This document shows, one piece after another, positions 19,921-29,995 of a DNA stretch of 64,000 nucleotides. The notes beneath the pieces were generated by a model, which was not told the origin of the DNA, did no database searches, and saw nothing but the letters and a program-made list of their open reading frames with translations. The translations under genes and the position numbers were made by a program. Location: positions 17,186 through 81,185 of the forward strand of contig CAMBEE010000005.1 of NCBI GenBank assembly GCA_945865665.1, read 5' to 3'. Source of the DNA: an uncultured Clostridium sp. (lineage in GTDB: Bacteria > Bacillota > Clostridia > TANB77 > CAG-508). How positions within the stretch are numbered: position 1 is the stretch's first letter; every line of letters starts with the position of its first letter.

Positions 19921-22017
19921 TTATACTATCAAATCAGTTTCTTCCAATTTTTCTGATAATTCTTGTTTAAATTTTATAATAGGTCTTCTAAATACTAAAC
20001 CTATCAATAATGGAATAATTGTATGTAATAATAACGCACCTATGTACATTATATAATTATTCCCATAGAATCCACCTATTGTTTCTCTTAATGCATTCAT
20101 TGCTGGATAGAATGGCATTATTGGTTGTAATTTTTGAAAAAATCCTGGTAATAGTTCAATTGGGAATGTTCCTCCTGAACCAGCAACTTGTAATACCATT
20201 ATTACTACTGCTGTTGCTTCTCCAACTTTTCCAAATGATATTGTTAGTGAATATACAATAAGCATAAACACTAAACTTGTGAGCATAATCGTTAATAAGA
20301 TTAATGGATAATTTACAACCTGAACTCCCATTATAATATCTCCAACTCCTATTACTAATCCTTGTAAAACTGCCAAAATTCCGAATGTCATAAATCTTCC
20401 GAAAAATGCTTGATATGGTTTTATTTCTCCTAGTTTTTTGTCTTTTTTTATATCTGTTTTTACTATTGATACTAGCAATGTGCATCCAACCCAAGATGCT
20501 AATACTGTATAGAATGGTGCCATTTTTGAACCATAACTATTTATTTCATATAAATCAATTTCGTTTGTAGCAATAGGTGTTGAGATAAAGTCTGCTACAT
20601 CATTTGGCTTGTTTTCTAACAGATTCAATATTTTCAAGTATAACTCACTTTGTGTTGCTCCACCTAATTTGCTTATTATTTTGTTTATATCATCTTCTAA
20701 GCTTACTAATACTGTATCAATATTTGTTGTTAGTTTGCCTGTACTATCTAATGCTTTTATTGTACTTGCCAATGCTGTATCACTTTTTCCTAAAGCTGTG
20801 TCTAATGTCGAAATCATATTTGCTATATTTGACATTGATGTTGATGCATTAGAAAAAGCTTTGTTTAATGCTGGTTTTACTGTGTTATTATATTGTGTTT
20901 TTATATTTTGTATTTTTTGATTTAGTTCTGCTGATTTTGCTTTTAAATCTGCTAATGAACCTTCGTCCATTTTATTTAAGTCTTCTATCATTTTATTAAT
21001 ATCGTCAAGTGCCTGCTGTGTTAGTTCTTTTAGTTTGTCTAATGTTACTCCTTGTGTTCCGTTTAATGAATCTATTATGCTATTTAATTGTGATAGGACA
21101 CTTGATAAACTATTTAATGCATTTAACAAATATTCTTTATTTTCTTCTATTTTTCCTGACTGAATAACATTATTTACATTTGATGATATTGTTGCTGCTG
21201 CATCTATTATTAGTCCTATATTGTTGTTAACATCTGTATATACTCCATTAAATGACTTTATTATGTCTTTCATATTTGATATATTTTTTGAAGATGTTGT
21301 TGATATATTACTTACTGTTGGTAATAAGTCTTTAACCGCATTTAATGCATTTCCTGCTGAATCTGATGCAAGTGATATTGTGTTTAGTGTTGCTCTTAAT
21401 TGTTCTATACTTTTATTTGTGTTTTTTAATTTTGTAATTACATCTGTTGTTGTTGCTGTTCCTTCCGCCACAACATTTGCATCTTCTGCAGTGTCCATTA
21501 CTTTATATACAATTGCATTTACAAATGCTTGGTCTAGGTTGTTTTCTATTGTTCCTATTGCTTTGTTTACAATAATTGGTGCAATTGGATTTTTCTTTTG
21601 ATTTACATAGAAATCAAATTGTGGTTTTACTATTTCTGTTCCATCAAAAAGTGTTGCTATTTTACTTGTAAAATCTTCTGGTAAAATTATTACTCCATAA
21701 TATTTTCCCTTATCGACATTTGCTTTTGCATCATCTTCGTCAGTAAATATCCATTTCATTGCTGTGTTTGATTTTAAACTGTCTACCAGCAAGCTTCCCA
21801 TATTTATGTCTTCGTTTAATATTGTTAGACCTTGGTCTTTGTTTACTACTGCTATTGGCAGGTTTCCTGTGTTGTCATATGGATTCCAGTTTGAGTCTAT
21901 GTTTAGCCATGCATATATTCCTGGTATGAATAACAGGCCTATTAATATTATTACTGCTATTTTTCTTTTCCAGACTTTTTTCATGTCTGTTTTGAATATT
22001 TCTATTATTTTTTTCAT
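19921..22017 (-). CDS. YhgE/Pip-domain membrane protein (phage infection protein-like, ABC-2 type)
   Basis: N-terminal TM, long Ser/Thr/Asn-rich helical ectodomain, C-terminal multi-TM bundle. Confidence 0.75.
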   Translation of the reverse strand: MKKIIEIFKTDMKKVWKRKIAVIILIGLLFIPGIYAWLNIDSNWNPYDNTGNLPIAVVNKDQGLTILNEDINMGSLLVDSLKSNTAMKWIFTDEDDAKANVDKGKYYGVIILPEDFTSKIATLFDGTEIVKPQFDFYVNQKKNPIAPIIVNKAIGTIENNLDQAFVNAIVYKVMDTAEDANVVAEGTATTTDVITKLKNTNKSIEQLRATLNTISLASDSAGNALNAVKDLLPTVSNISTTSSKNISNMKDIIKSFNGVYTDVNNNIGLIIDAAATISSNVNNVIQSGKIEENKEYLLNALNSLSSVLSQLNSIIDSLNGTQGVTLDKLKELTQQALDDINKMIEDLNKMDEGSLADLKAKSAELNQKIQNIKTQYNNTVKPALNKAFSNASTSMSNIANMISTLDTALGKSDTALASTIKALDSTGKLTTNIDTVLVSLEDDINKIISKLGGATQSELYLKILNLLENKPNDVADFISTPIATNEIDLYEINSYGSKMAPFYTVLASWVGCTLLVSIVKTDIKKDKKLGEIKPYQAFFGRFMTFGILAVLQGLVIGVGDIIMGVQVVNYPLILLTIMLTSLVFMLIVYSLTISFGKVGEATAVVIMVLQVAGSGGTFPIELLPGFFQKLQPIMPFYPAMNALRETIGGFYGNNYIMYIGALLLHTIIPLLIGLVFRRPIIKFKQELSEKLEETDLIV

Positions 22018-22083
22018 GTTTCCTCCTAGTATTTTTTATTATGATAATTTTATAATAAGGGTGATTTTTTGTCAATATAAAAT

Positions 22084-22112
22084 CGGGATTGAAGACCCGT
22101 CCCCCAATCCCG
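22084..22112. repeat. Family-1 palindromic repeat
   Basis: CGGGATTGAAGACCCGTCCCCCAATCCCG between pheT stop and the YhgE gene. Confidence 0.7.
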
Positions 22113-22118
22113 ATTTTT

Positions 22119-24491
22119 TTATTTTCTTATTTCTAAACCTTTGTTTTCTAAATCTTTAATAATATTATCTAAAATAGTATTAATTTCTTCATCATTTAAA
22201 GTTCTATCAGGTGTACCAAATGTTAATGAATATGCAATACTTCTCTTATTAGAATCAATATTTTTACCTTCATAAACATCGAATACGTTTATATCTAATA
22301 ACAATTTTCCAGCCTTTTTCTTAATTAACATTTCAACTTCTTTTGATGTCATATTTTTGTCAACTAATAATGCTAAATCTTTTTTTACAACAGGGAATTT
22401 TGAAATTTCTTTGAATTTCATTTTTCCTACTCTTTTTTCTAGCAATTTGTCTAAGTTGATTTCCATTACATAAACCGCTTCTTTTTCTACTGATGGATGT
22501 ATTCTTCCTACAATTCCTACAACATCATTATTTACTGAAATTTCTGCAGTTTGACCTGGATGGAATTCTGCTGGCATTTGTTTTGGTAATACAAAACTGT
22601 ATCTTCCTGCATATCCTAAATAGTCTAATAATTCTTCTGTTACACCTTTAATGTCATAGAAGTCAACATTTTTGCTATGTCCTATTCCTTCATAATATTT
22701 TCCTGTCATTAACACACAGATTTTTTGATTTTCTCCGTATTCTTCACCTTTTTTCCAGAATCCTTTTCCAATTTCAAAAAGGCAAACATCTTTGTTTTCA
22801 CGTGCTTTGTTGTATTCATAAATTTTATATAATGAAGGTATCATGCTATATCTTAATGTGTTTCTTTCTTCTGTTATTGGGTCTAATAATCTGACTTCTT
22901 CAAATTCGTCTGTTGTGAATTTGTGTACGTCTTTGTCATTTATTAAGATATATGATAATGTTTCGTTTAATCCCATATTTGACATTTTTGCTCTTATTTT
23001 TCTTGCTGTTTTGTCTAGATGTCCCATTTTCATTGGAACTACTGGTAGTTTACCTTGGATATTGTCAACTCCATAGATTCTTCCGACTTCTTCTATTAAA
23101 TCTGCTCTAATTGATATATCAATTCTTCTTGTTGGTACTGTAACGATTACAGTCTCTTCTTTTACATCTGTTTTAAAGTCTAATTTTCTAAATACATCAA
23201 CAATATCTTCTTTTGATATGTTTGTTCCTAACACATCATTGATTTCTTTATATGATATTTCAATTACTTTTTCTTCATTTTTTGTAACATCGTATTTTAC
23301 AATTCCTGTTTCAATTTCTGCATCTGCATATTTTTGTAATAATGTACATGCTCTTTCCATTGCCATATAAGTTCTTGCAGGGTCAAGTCCTTTTTCAAAT
23401 CTGTTGCTTGCTTCACTTCTTAATATTTTATTTGATGTTTTTCTTACTTTTACTGAATCAAATATTGCTGATTCGATTATTACATTTTTAGTTGTTTCTT
23501 CAACTTCTGTATCTAATCCCCCCATAACACCGGCTAATCCGATAGCTTTTGTTCCGTCTGTTATAACTATATCTTCATTTGATAAAGTTCTTTCTGTGTT
23601 ATCTAGTGTTGTTAATTTCTCTCCATCTTCTGCCATTCTAACAACTATTTTGTTGCCCAAATTATCTGCATCGTAGAAGTGTAATGGTTGACCTAATTCT
23701 AGCATTACATAGTTACTGATGTCTACAACATTGTTTATTGGTCTAATTCCACAAGCGATTAGTCTGTTTTTTATAAATTCTGGACTTTCTTTTATTGTTA
23801 CATTTTTAGCTTTTTTTGCTAAGAATAGTCTACAATTTTCTGTATCAACTCCAACTGAAAATTCTTTATTTACATCTTCTCCGCTTTCTTTGTATCCATA
23901 TTCAACCGGTTTTACTTTTTTGTCATAAATTGCTCCTAGTTCATAAGCCATACCTAAAATACTTAATAAATCTCCTCTATTTGCAGTTAATTCAAAATCA
24001 ATAATGCCATCATCTAATCCCATATATTTAATTGGGTCTTCTCCAACAGGTGCATCTGCTGGTAATTCATGTATTCCATTTTTATCTGCTTCAGATAAGA
24101 ATTTTTTATCGATTCCTATTTCATATAAAGCACATAACATACCATTTGACTCTTGGCCTCTTATCATACCTTTTTTGATTTTGAAGTCTCCTGGAAGTTC
24201 TGCTCCAACTTGTGCGACAATTACTTTTATGCCTTTTCTGGCATTTGGTGCACCACAAACTATATCTAATATTTCACTTCCAATATCAACTTTACATAGA
24301 TGTAAGTGGTCAGAATCTGGATGCATTTCACATTCTTTTATTTCTCCTATTACTAGTTTTGTTGCATTTACTAATTTTTCTGCAGAATCATATTCATTTC
24401 CAGCTTTTGTCATCGCTTCTGCTATATCTTTTACACTTAATTCGTTATCTAAATCTATATAGTCTTTTACAAAATTTAAACTTAAATTCAT
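22119..24491 (-). CDS. pheT: phenylalanine--tRNA ligase beta subunit
   Basis: 790 aa with tRNA-binding, B3/4, B5 and FDX-ACB domain order; follows pheS. Confidence 0.95.
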   Translation of the reverse strand: MNLSLNFVKDYIDLDNELSVKDIAEAMTKAGNEYDSAEKLVNATKLVIGEIKECEMHPDSDHLHLCKVDIGSEILDIVCGAPNARKGIKVIVAQVGAELPGDFKIKKGMIRGQESNGMLCALYEIGIDKKFLSEADKNGIHELPADAPVGEDPIKYMGLDDGIIDFELTANRGDLLSILGMAYELGAIYDKKVKPVEYGYKESGEDVNKEFSVGVDTENCRLFLAKKAKNVTIKESPEFIKNRLIACGIRPINNVVDISNYVMLELGQPLHFYDADNLGNKIVVRMAEDGEKLTTLDNTERTLSNEDIVITDGTKAIGLAGVMGGLDTEVEETTKNVIIESAIFDSVKVRKTSNKILRSEASNRFEKGLDPARTYMAMERACTLLQKYADAEIETGIVKYDVTKNEEKVIEISYKEINDVLGTNISKEDIVDVFRKLDFKTDVKEETVIVTVPTRRIDISIRADLIEEVGRIYGVDNIQGKLPVVPMKMGHLDKTARKIRAKMSNMGLNETLSYILINDKDVHKFTTDEFEEVRLLDPITEERNTLRYSMIPSLYKIYEYNKARENKDVCLFEIGKGFWKKGEEYGENQKICVLMTGKYYEGIGHSKNVDFYDIKGVTEELLDYLGYAGRYSFVLPKQMPAEFHPGQTAEISVNNDVVGIVGRIHPSVEKEAVYVMEINLDKLLEKRVGKMKFKEISKFPVVKKDLALLVDKNMTSKEVEMLIKKKAGKLLLDINVFDVYEGKNIDSNKRSIAYSLTFGTPDRTLNDEEINTILDNIIKDLENKGLEIRK

Positions 24492-24552
24492 TTTCTAATC
24501 TCCTTCCAATTTATAATTTTCAAAAGAAACAAGTATTGCTAGGCAAAATTAA

Positions 24553-24598
24553 TTTAAAAGGCAAGGGCGCATACGCGTGTATGTAACCGCGTTTTAAA
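24553..24598. repeat. 46-bp conserved hairpin element (copy 1), pheS-pheT spacer
   Basis: TTTAAAAGGCAAGGGCGCATACGCGTGTATGTAACCGCGTTTTAAA. A near-identical copy sits at 54057-54102 upstream of cysS. Confidence 0.7.
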
Positions 24599-24636
24599 TT
24601 AATTTTAACGCCGCAAGACGAAGTTTATTTTGGAAA

Positions 24637-25686
24637 TTACTCTTCGTCTTTTCTATCAAATTGACTTAAAAATCTAACATCATTTGTATATAAATATCTC
24701 ATATCAGTAATACCATATCTAAACATAGCCAATCTATCAATGCCTGTACCAAATGCAAAACCACCGAATTTTTCTGGGTCATATCCATTCATTTTTAAAA
24801 CATTTGGATGAACAATTCCTGCACCCAAAACTTCTATCCAACCTGTTTGTTTACATAGGTTACATCCTTTTCCACCACATTTGAAACATGTAACATCTAC
24901 TTCATAAGATGGCTCTGTGAATGGGAAGTAACTTGGTCTAAATCTTAAATCTAAATTTGCTCCTATTATTTTTCTAACAAAAACTTCTAATGTTCCTTTT
25001 AAATCCGCTAAAGATACATTCCTTTCTTTTTTGTCAATTACTAATCCCTCTATTTGATTAAATTGATGTGAATGTGTTGCATCGTCTTCTCTTCTATATG
25101 TTTTCCCTGCTGTAATCATTCTTATTGGTGACTTTTCTGTATTTGCCATCATTGTTCTCGCTTGAACTGCTGATGTTTGTGTTCTTAATAAGTATTCGTC
25201 TGTAATATAGAAGCTATCTTGCATATCTCTTGCTGGGTGTCCCTTTGGAAGGTTTAGTCTTTCAAAACAATATTCATCATTTTCAAGTTCTGGTCCTGTT
25301 ACTACATCATATCCCATTGATACAAATAAGTCTTCTATGTCTTCTATTATTCTTGTTACAGGGTGTAAACTTCCTCTTTTCATTTTTGTGCTTGGTAATG
25401 TGATGTCAATTTTCTCTGCTTCCAATTTTTTATTTAATTCTTCTGTTTTGAATTTTTCTTCTTTTTCTTCAATTAATTTTTCTAGGCTTTCTTTAGCTTC
25501 ATTTACTAATCCACCTATTATTGGTCTTTCTTCTGGGCTTAGTCCTCCCATGCCTCTTAATACTGCTGTAAGTTCACCTTTTTTTCCTAGGTATTTTACT
25601 CTTACATTTTCTAATGTTTGTAGGTCTTCTGCTTTTGCTATTTCTTCAATAGCTGTTTTTTTGATGTTTTCAATTTGTTCTTTCAT
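24637..25686 (-). CDS. pheS: phenylalanine--tRNA ligase alpha subunit
   Basis: 349 aa, class II motifs ([25 protein letters not shown]). Confidence 0.95.
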   Translation of the reverse strand: MKEQIENIKKTAIEEIAKAEDLQTLENVRVKYLGKKGELTAVLRGMGGLSPEERPIIGGLVNEAKESLEKLIEEKEEKFKTEELNKKLEAEKIDITLPSTKMKRGSLHPVTRIIEDIEDLFVSMGYDVVTGPELENDEYCFERLNLPKGHPARDMQDSFYITDEYLLRTQTSAVQARTMMANTEKSPIRMITAGKTYRREDDATHSHQFNQIEGLVIDKKERNVSLADLKGTLEVFVRKIIGANLDLRFRPSYFPFTEPSYEVDVTCFKCGGKGCNLCKQTGWIEVLGAGIVHPNVLKMNGYDPEKFGGFAFGTGIDRLAMFRYGITDMRYLYTNDVRFLSQFDRKDEE

Positions 25687-25699
25687 CTTTTCTCCTTTC

Positions 25700-26010
25700 C
25701 AAATTTTCGTGTACTTTTATCCTTTTGTCCCATTAGGGGACGGTTCTTTTTGAGACATCGATTCTAAATAAGACATCGATGCAAAACAAAAATTGCCTTT
25801 AAAAAGGACATTTAAAAATCCATTTCTATTCTATTAGCACTTATTTGTGCTTATAGGACGAAATGGATTTCCGTGGTACCACCTAAATTTATTAATTTTT
25901 CTTTATACTTTAAAACATTTTTAATATACTCTTTTATTAATAAAATGCATATTTAATATAAAGTTACTAACCTCATTTTAGTTTTAACGGTGCAACCGCT
26001 TCTTCCTAAT
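25700..26010 (-). promoter_or_regulatory. T-box leader (Phe) with terminator/antiterminator
   Basis: On the minus strand, AGGTGGTACCACGG (fwd 25872-25885) matches the T-box consensus. It overlaps the 5' arm of an 11-bp terminator stem (AAATCCATTTC / GAAATGGATTT, fwd 25815-25871) followed by a U-run. Exact 5' boundary unknown. Confidence 0.65.
25726..25757 (-). repeat. Family-2 hairpin repeat between the T-box terminator and the pheS RBS
   Basis: Minus strand: TGTCTCAAAAAGAACCGTCCCCTAATGGGACA. Confidence 0.7.
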
Positions 26011-26034
26011 TTTTATTCTTGTTGGGTATCTTAT

Positions 26035-26065
26035 GTCCCAAACAGAACCGTCCCTAATGGGACAT
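26035..26065 (+). repeat. Family-2 hairpin repeat, inverted relative to the 25726 copy
   Basis: TGTCCCAAACAGAACCGTCCCTAATGGGACA. Confidence 0.7.
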
Positions 26066-26282
26066 TTTCAAAAGAAGTCCTAAAAAGTGAAATTTCTATA
26101 TATAGTTTTAAATATCTTTCAGCCTCGGATATTTTCTCTGTTTGTTTATTTATATATATACTTTGCTTTTTAATTGGATTTATTTTATTTGTTAATCTTT
26201 TATTATGTTATCATAGTTTGAGCTATTTTTCAAGCTTTTTTGAAAATTTAAATTTGTTTATTTTTAATAATTTTGCATTTTT

Positions 26283-26930
26283 TTATTCTTTTAATAATTT
26301 TTCTATTTCTTCTTTTTTTAGTTGTGTTGCTTCTTCAACTTGTTCACTTGTTAGTCCCATCTTAAATAATTTTTTTGCAATTTCTATGCTTTTTTCTTTA
26401 ATTCCCTCAATTTTACCTTCTATTTTACCTTCTTTTCTTCCCATATCAATATACATCTGATTTTCTCTTCTTATCATATCAACCACTGCTAACACTTCTT
26501 TTCCCCTCCCTTCTTCTATTTTATTTACTAATCTTTCTACTTCATCATCTCCTAGCTTTTCTTTAAATACTATTTTTATATTTTTCTATGTCTTTTATTT
26601 CTATTTTTGCATTTATTGCTTTATTTATTATTAAAACTGCATTTTCTTTTTTATCTAATATTGTTCTAAATATTTTATCATGCTCTTGATTTATTTCTTT
26701 CTCCTGAATATTTGCTTTTGAACTCATTCTTTCATATTTTACTTTTGGTTCTTGTAATTCAGCATAATAATTCTGATTATTATTTTCATCAATTATTTTC
26801 CAAAGTTTTTCGAATATTGTTTTATATTTTATATATTCTTTATATGTAAACTTTTCTATATTAATTTCATCTCCTTCATTATAATATTTGTTTTCATTTT
26901 TGTCAACATTTATTTATAAGTTTATATGTA
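26283..26930 (-). pseudogene. Rpn-family (PD-(D/E)XK, transposase_31-like) recombination-promoting nuclease, degraded remnant
   Basis: C-terminal 70-aa ORF ends GKIEGKIEGIKEKSIEIAKKLFKMGLTSEQVEEATQLKKEEIEKLL, the characteristic Rpn tail. An upstream fragment MSSKANIQEKEINQEHDKIFRTILDKKENAV carries the N-terminal HD..FR motif. The nuclease core is missing, although a TTGACA-17-TATAAT promoter (26878-26906) is still intact. Confidence 0.5.
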
Positions 26931-27101
26931 TTTTTTAATCACCTACTTTCATATTTTTTTAAATTCATTTTGGATTTTTTCTTTGATTTTAAATCTTTGA
27001 ATTAATTGATTTGAATAAAATTAAAGTACATTTATAATACAACAAAATGCTGAACTTTGCAACATTTTTTTATCGCAAAATTCGACATTTTCTGTTTAAT
27101 A

Positions 27102-27393
27102 GTTACAATTCACAGCTTTAAAAATTTTGTGTGCAAGTTGCCGCATTAAGGGTTATATATATTTGATATTGTATCCTGTTCATTACGTTTAAAAAGAAAA
27201 TCTAAAATATCTAACTGAGCCTCTCTCACTTAGGACAGAAATGTATATATGTATTTCTTTTGTGAGCATTCCTCAGTTTTTTATTTAAGATTTTCTATTT
27301 TTCACTTCAATCAAACGAATACAATATCAAATATATATAACCCTTAATGTGACAACTTGCACACAAAAATTTTAAAAAGCTGTGAATCGTAAC
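27102..27393. mobile_element. MITE-like non-autonomous element, copy 1 (292 bp, ~75-bp TIRs, TTTAATA target duplication)
   Basis: Ends GTTACAATTCACAGCTTTAAAAATTTTGTGTGCAAGTTGCC... and its inverted complement; flanks (g)TTTAATA on both sides; no ORF. Confidence 0.75.
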
Positions 27394-27420
27394 ATTTAAT
27401 AATCAAATATAAAACTAATA

Positions 27421-29574
27421 TTATAAAACTAATATCACATTATACACTAAGTTTGTAAGCATACATAAAACAATTCCGCAAATAGTTGGAATTGCAAAAG
27501 AAATTGTAGTCCATTTCCAGCTACCAGTCTCCTTTTTAACAGTAAGCAATGTTGTAGTACAAGGAAAATGTAGAATTATAAAAAGCATAACATTCATAGC
27601 AGTAAGCATGGTCCAGCCATTTTGAATTAAAATCTGTCCAATTTGAATTGTATCCTCTATATTTACCAATGTTCCGCCTTTCAAATAACACATCAAAATT
27701 ATTGGTAATACTATTTCATTTGCTGGAATTCCTAAAATAAATGCAGTTAAAATATATCCATCCAAGCCCATTAATTTTGCAAAAGGATTTAAGAAATTTG
27801 CTATAATTGAAAGCAAACTTTGACCATCAATTCCTATATTTGCCATAAGCCATATCACAAGTCCTGCAGGTGCTGCAACAGATATAGCTCTACTTAAAAC
27901 AAATAGAGTTCTATCAAATATTGAACGAACTAATATTTTTCCGAATTGTGGTTTTCTATATGGTGGCAATTCTAAAACCATTGATGATGGCATTCCTTTT
28001 AATATTGTTTTTGATAATATTTTTGATGTTACGAGTGTTAAAAATATTCCAAATATTATTACAATAATTACTGCAAATGTTGATAATATTGATGCTAGAA
28101 ATCCATTTCCACCTGCAAATGCTCCTGCTATAAATATTGTCGCAATTGTTATCAAAAATGGAAATCTTCCATTACATGGGACAAAGTTATTCGTTAATAT
28201 TGCAATTAGTCTTTCTCTTGGTGAATCTATAATTCTGCATCCTGTTACTCCACACGCATTACACCCAAATCCCATGCACATTGTTATCATTTGTTTTCCA
28301 CTACAACAAGCCTTTTTAAAGAAGCCGTCCATATTAAATGCAATTCGTGGAAGATATCCCAAGTCTTCTAATATTGTGAATAGTGGGAAGAATATAGCCA
28401 TTGGTGGTAACATTACTGCAACTATCCAAGTTAATGTTTTATACACTCCATTTATTAACATATCTGAAAGCCATATTGGGCAATGTATATAATTTGCAAA
28501 ATGTACAAGTCTGTCTTGAAACCAGTTAAAAATACTGAATAGCCACTCTGATGGATAATTTGCTCCTACTATGGTTATCCAAAAAATTAGGCCTAAAAAT
28601 AGTATCATTATTGGAATTCCAAATATTTTTGATGTTAAAATTTTGTCTATTTTTAGGTCTCTTTCTCTATAATTTTTGTTTTCAAATGTACATACTTCTT
28701 TTGATGTTTCTTCTGCTTTTTTCATGATATCTGCAACTATTTTATCCTTAAAATTTTTGGATGTGATTTCTCTTGTTTCTAGATTTTCTTTTGCTTCTAC
28801 TACTGACTGTTGAATTTCTTGTTCTTCTAAGTCTAATTCTAAATTTTCTTGTATTGATTTTAATATTTTTTCTTCTCCATCTATTAGTTTTATCGCTATC
28901 CATCTGCATAATTTTTTTGATATTTTATTTTTCTCAACTCCTATTTCTGTTACTATATTTCTTTTTTCTGAATATTCATTAACTAATAAATCTGTATCAA
29001 GTTTCTCCACTATTTTTTCAAGATTTTCTTCTATTTCTTGTTCATATCTAACTGTTTTGGTATATGGTCTTATTTCACCTTCACATACTTTATATATTGT
29101 ATTTTTTAGATTTTCTAGTGTTTGTTTATTTCTTGCAACAGTTCCTACAACAGGAACTCCTAACAAATCTTCTAATTTTTTTAAATCAATTTTTATTTTT
29201 TTCTTTTTCGCTTCGTCTAACAAATTTACACAAACAATTATGTTATCTGTTATTTCCATAATTTGATATACTAAATTTAAATTTCTTTCTAAACATGTGC
29301 TGTCAACTACAATTACTGTTGCATCTGGGTTTCCAAAGCATATGTAATCTCTTGCAATTTCTTCTTCTTCTGAGTTTGACATTATTGAATATGTACCTGG
29401 AATGTCAACAAATGTGAATTCTTTGTCATTAATTATTGCTTCTCCTGTTGCGTTTGCTACTGTTTTTCCTGTCCAGTTTCCTGTGTGTTGATGCATTCCT
29501 GTTAAACTGTTGAATATGGTTGATTTTCCTACGTTTGGGTTTCCTGCTAATGCTACTATATATGTATTTTTCAC
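27421..29574 (-). CDS. feoB: ferrous iron transporter FeoB
   Basis: N-terminal GTPase (GNPNVGKST), gate motifs, C-terminal polytopic permease; 717 aa. Confidence 0.95.
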   Translation of the reverse strand: MKNTYIVALAGNPNVGKSTIFNSLTGMHQHTGNWTGKTVANATGEAIINDKEFTFVDIPGTYSIMSNSEEEEIARDYICFGNPDATVIVVDSTCLERNLNLVYQIMEITDNIIVCVNLLDEAKKKKIKIDLKKLEDLLGVPVVGTVARNKQTLENLKNTIYKVCEGEIRPYTKTVRYEQEIEENLEKIVEKLDTDLLVNEYSEKRNIVTEIGVEKNKISKKLCRWIAIKLIDGEEKILKSIQENLELDLEEQEIQQSVVEAKENLETREITSKNFKDKIVADIMKKAEETSKEVCTFENKNYRERDLKIDKILTSKIFGIPIMILFLGLIFWITIVGANYPSEWLFSIFNWFQDRLVHFANYIHCPIWLSDMLINGVYKTLTWIVAVMLPPMAIFFPLFTILEDLGYLPRIAFNMDGFFKKACCSGKQMITMCMGFGCNACGVTGCRIIDSPRERLIAILTNNFVPCNGRFPFLITIATIFIAGAFAGGNGFLASILSTFAVIIVIIFGIFLTLVTSKILSKTILKGMPSSMVLELPPYRKPQFGKILVRSIFDRTLFVLSRAISVAAPAGLVIWLMANIGIDGQSLLSIIANFLNPFAKLMGLDGYILTAFILGIPANEIVLPIILMCYLKGGTLVNIEDTIQIGQILIQNGWTMLTAMNVMLFIILHFPCTTTLLTVKKETGSWKWTTISFAIPTICGIVLCMLTNLVYNVILVL

Positions 29575-29746
29575 AAGCTCACCACCTTAAATTTTATTAT
29601 TACAATATATGTTTTGGTTTTGAGTTTATGAATTATATATTTTTTTGATTATTATTTTTGTTTTAAATTGTCTGAACAAAATTTATATCTGCTACAATCT
29701 CAAAAACCCCAACTCTAATAGAGTCGGGGTTTTGAGATTAGTTAGA

Positions 29747-29890
29747 AATACTTCTACCGTCATCCAGGTTGATCTTGCTTTCACAATAATCTATCATATT
29801 TTTTACCATATCTGGTATTATTAGATTATCATTTTCATTAGCTTTCACCAACCGATTTTTGTCATTTCTCATTTCTAACATATTCTACCT
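29747..29890 (-). CDS. small ORF (47 aa) upstream of feoB, unknown function
   Basis: RBS GGAGG 6 nt upstream of ATG; followed by hairpin CCCCAACTC..GAGTCGGGG plus T-run. No FeoA-like SH3 signature. Confidence 0.3.
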
Positions 29891-29995
29891 CCACTTATTT
29901 GTGTTTTTGGACTAACTTTATTATATCTCATTTTTATGTTAATTGCAATATTATTTCCAAAATTTGTAATTTTTCTTAGTTTGTGAGAATTGTAA

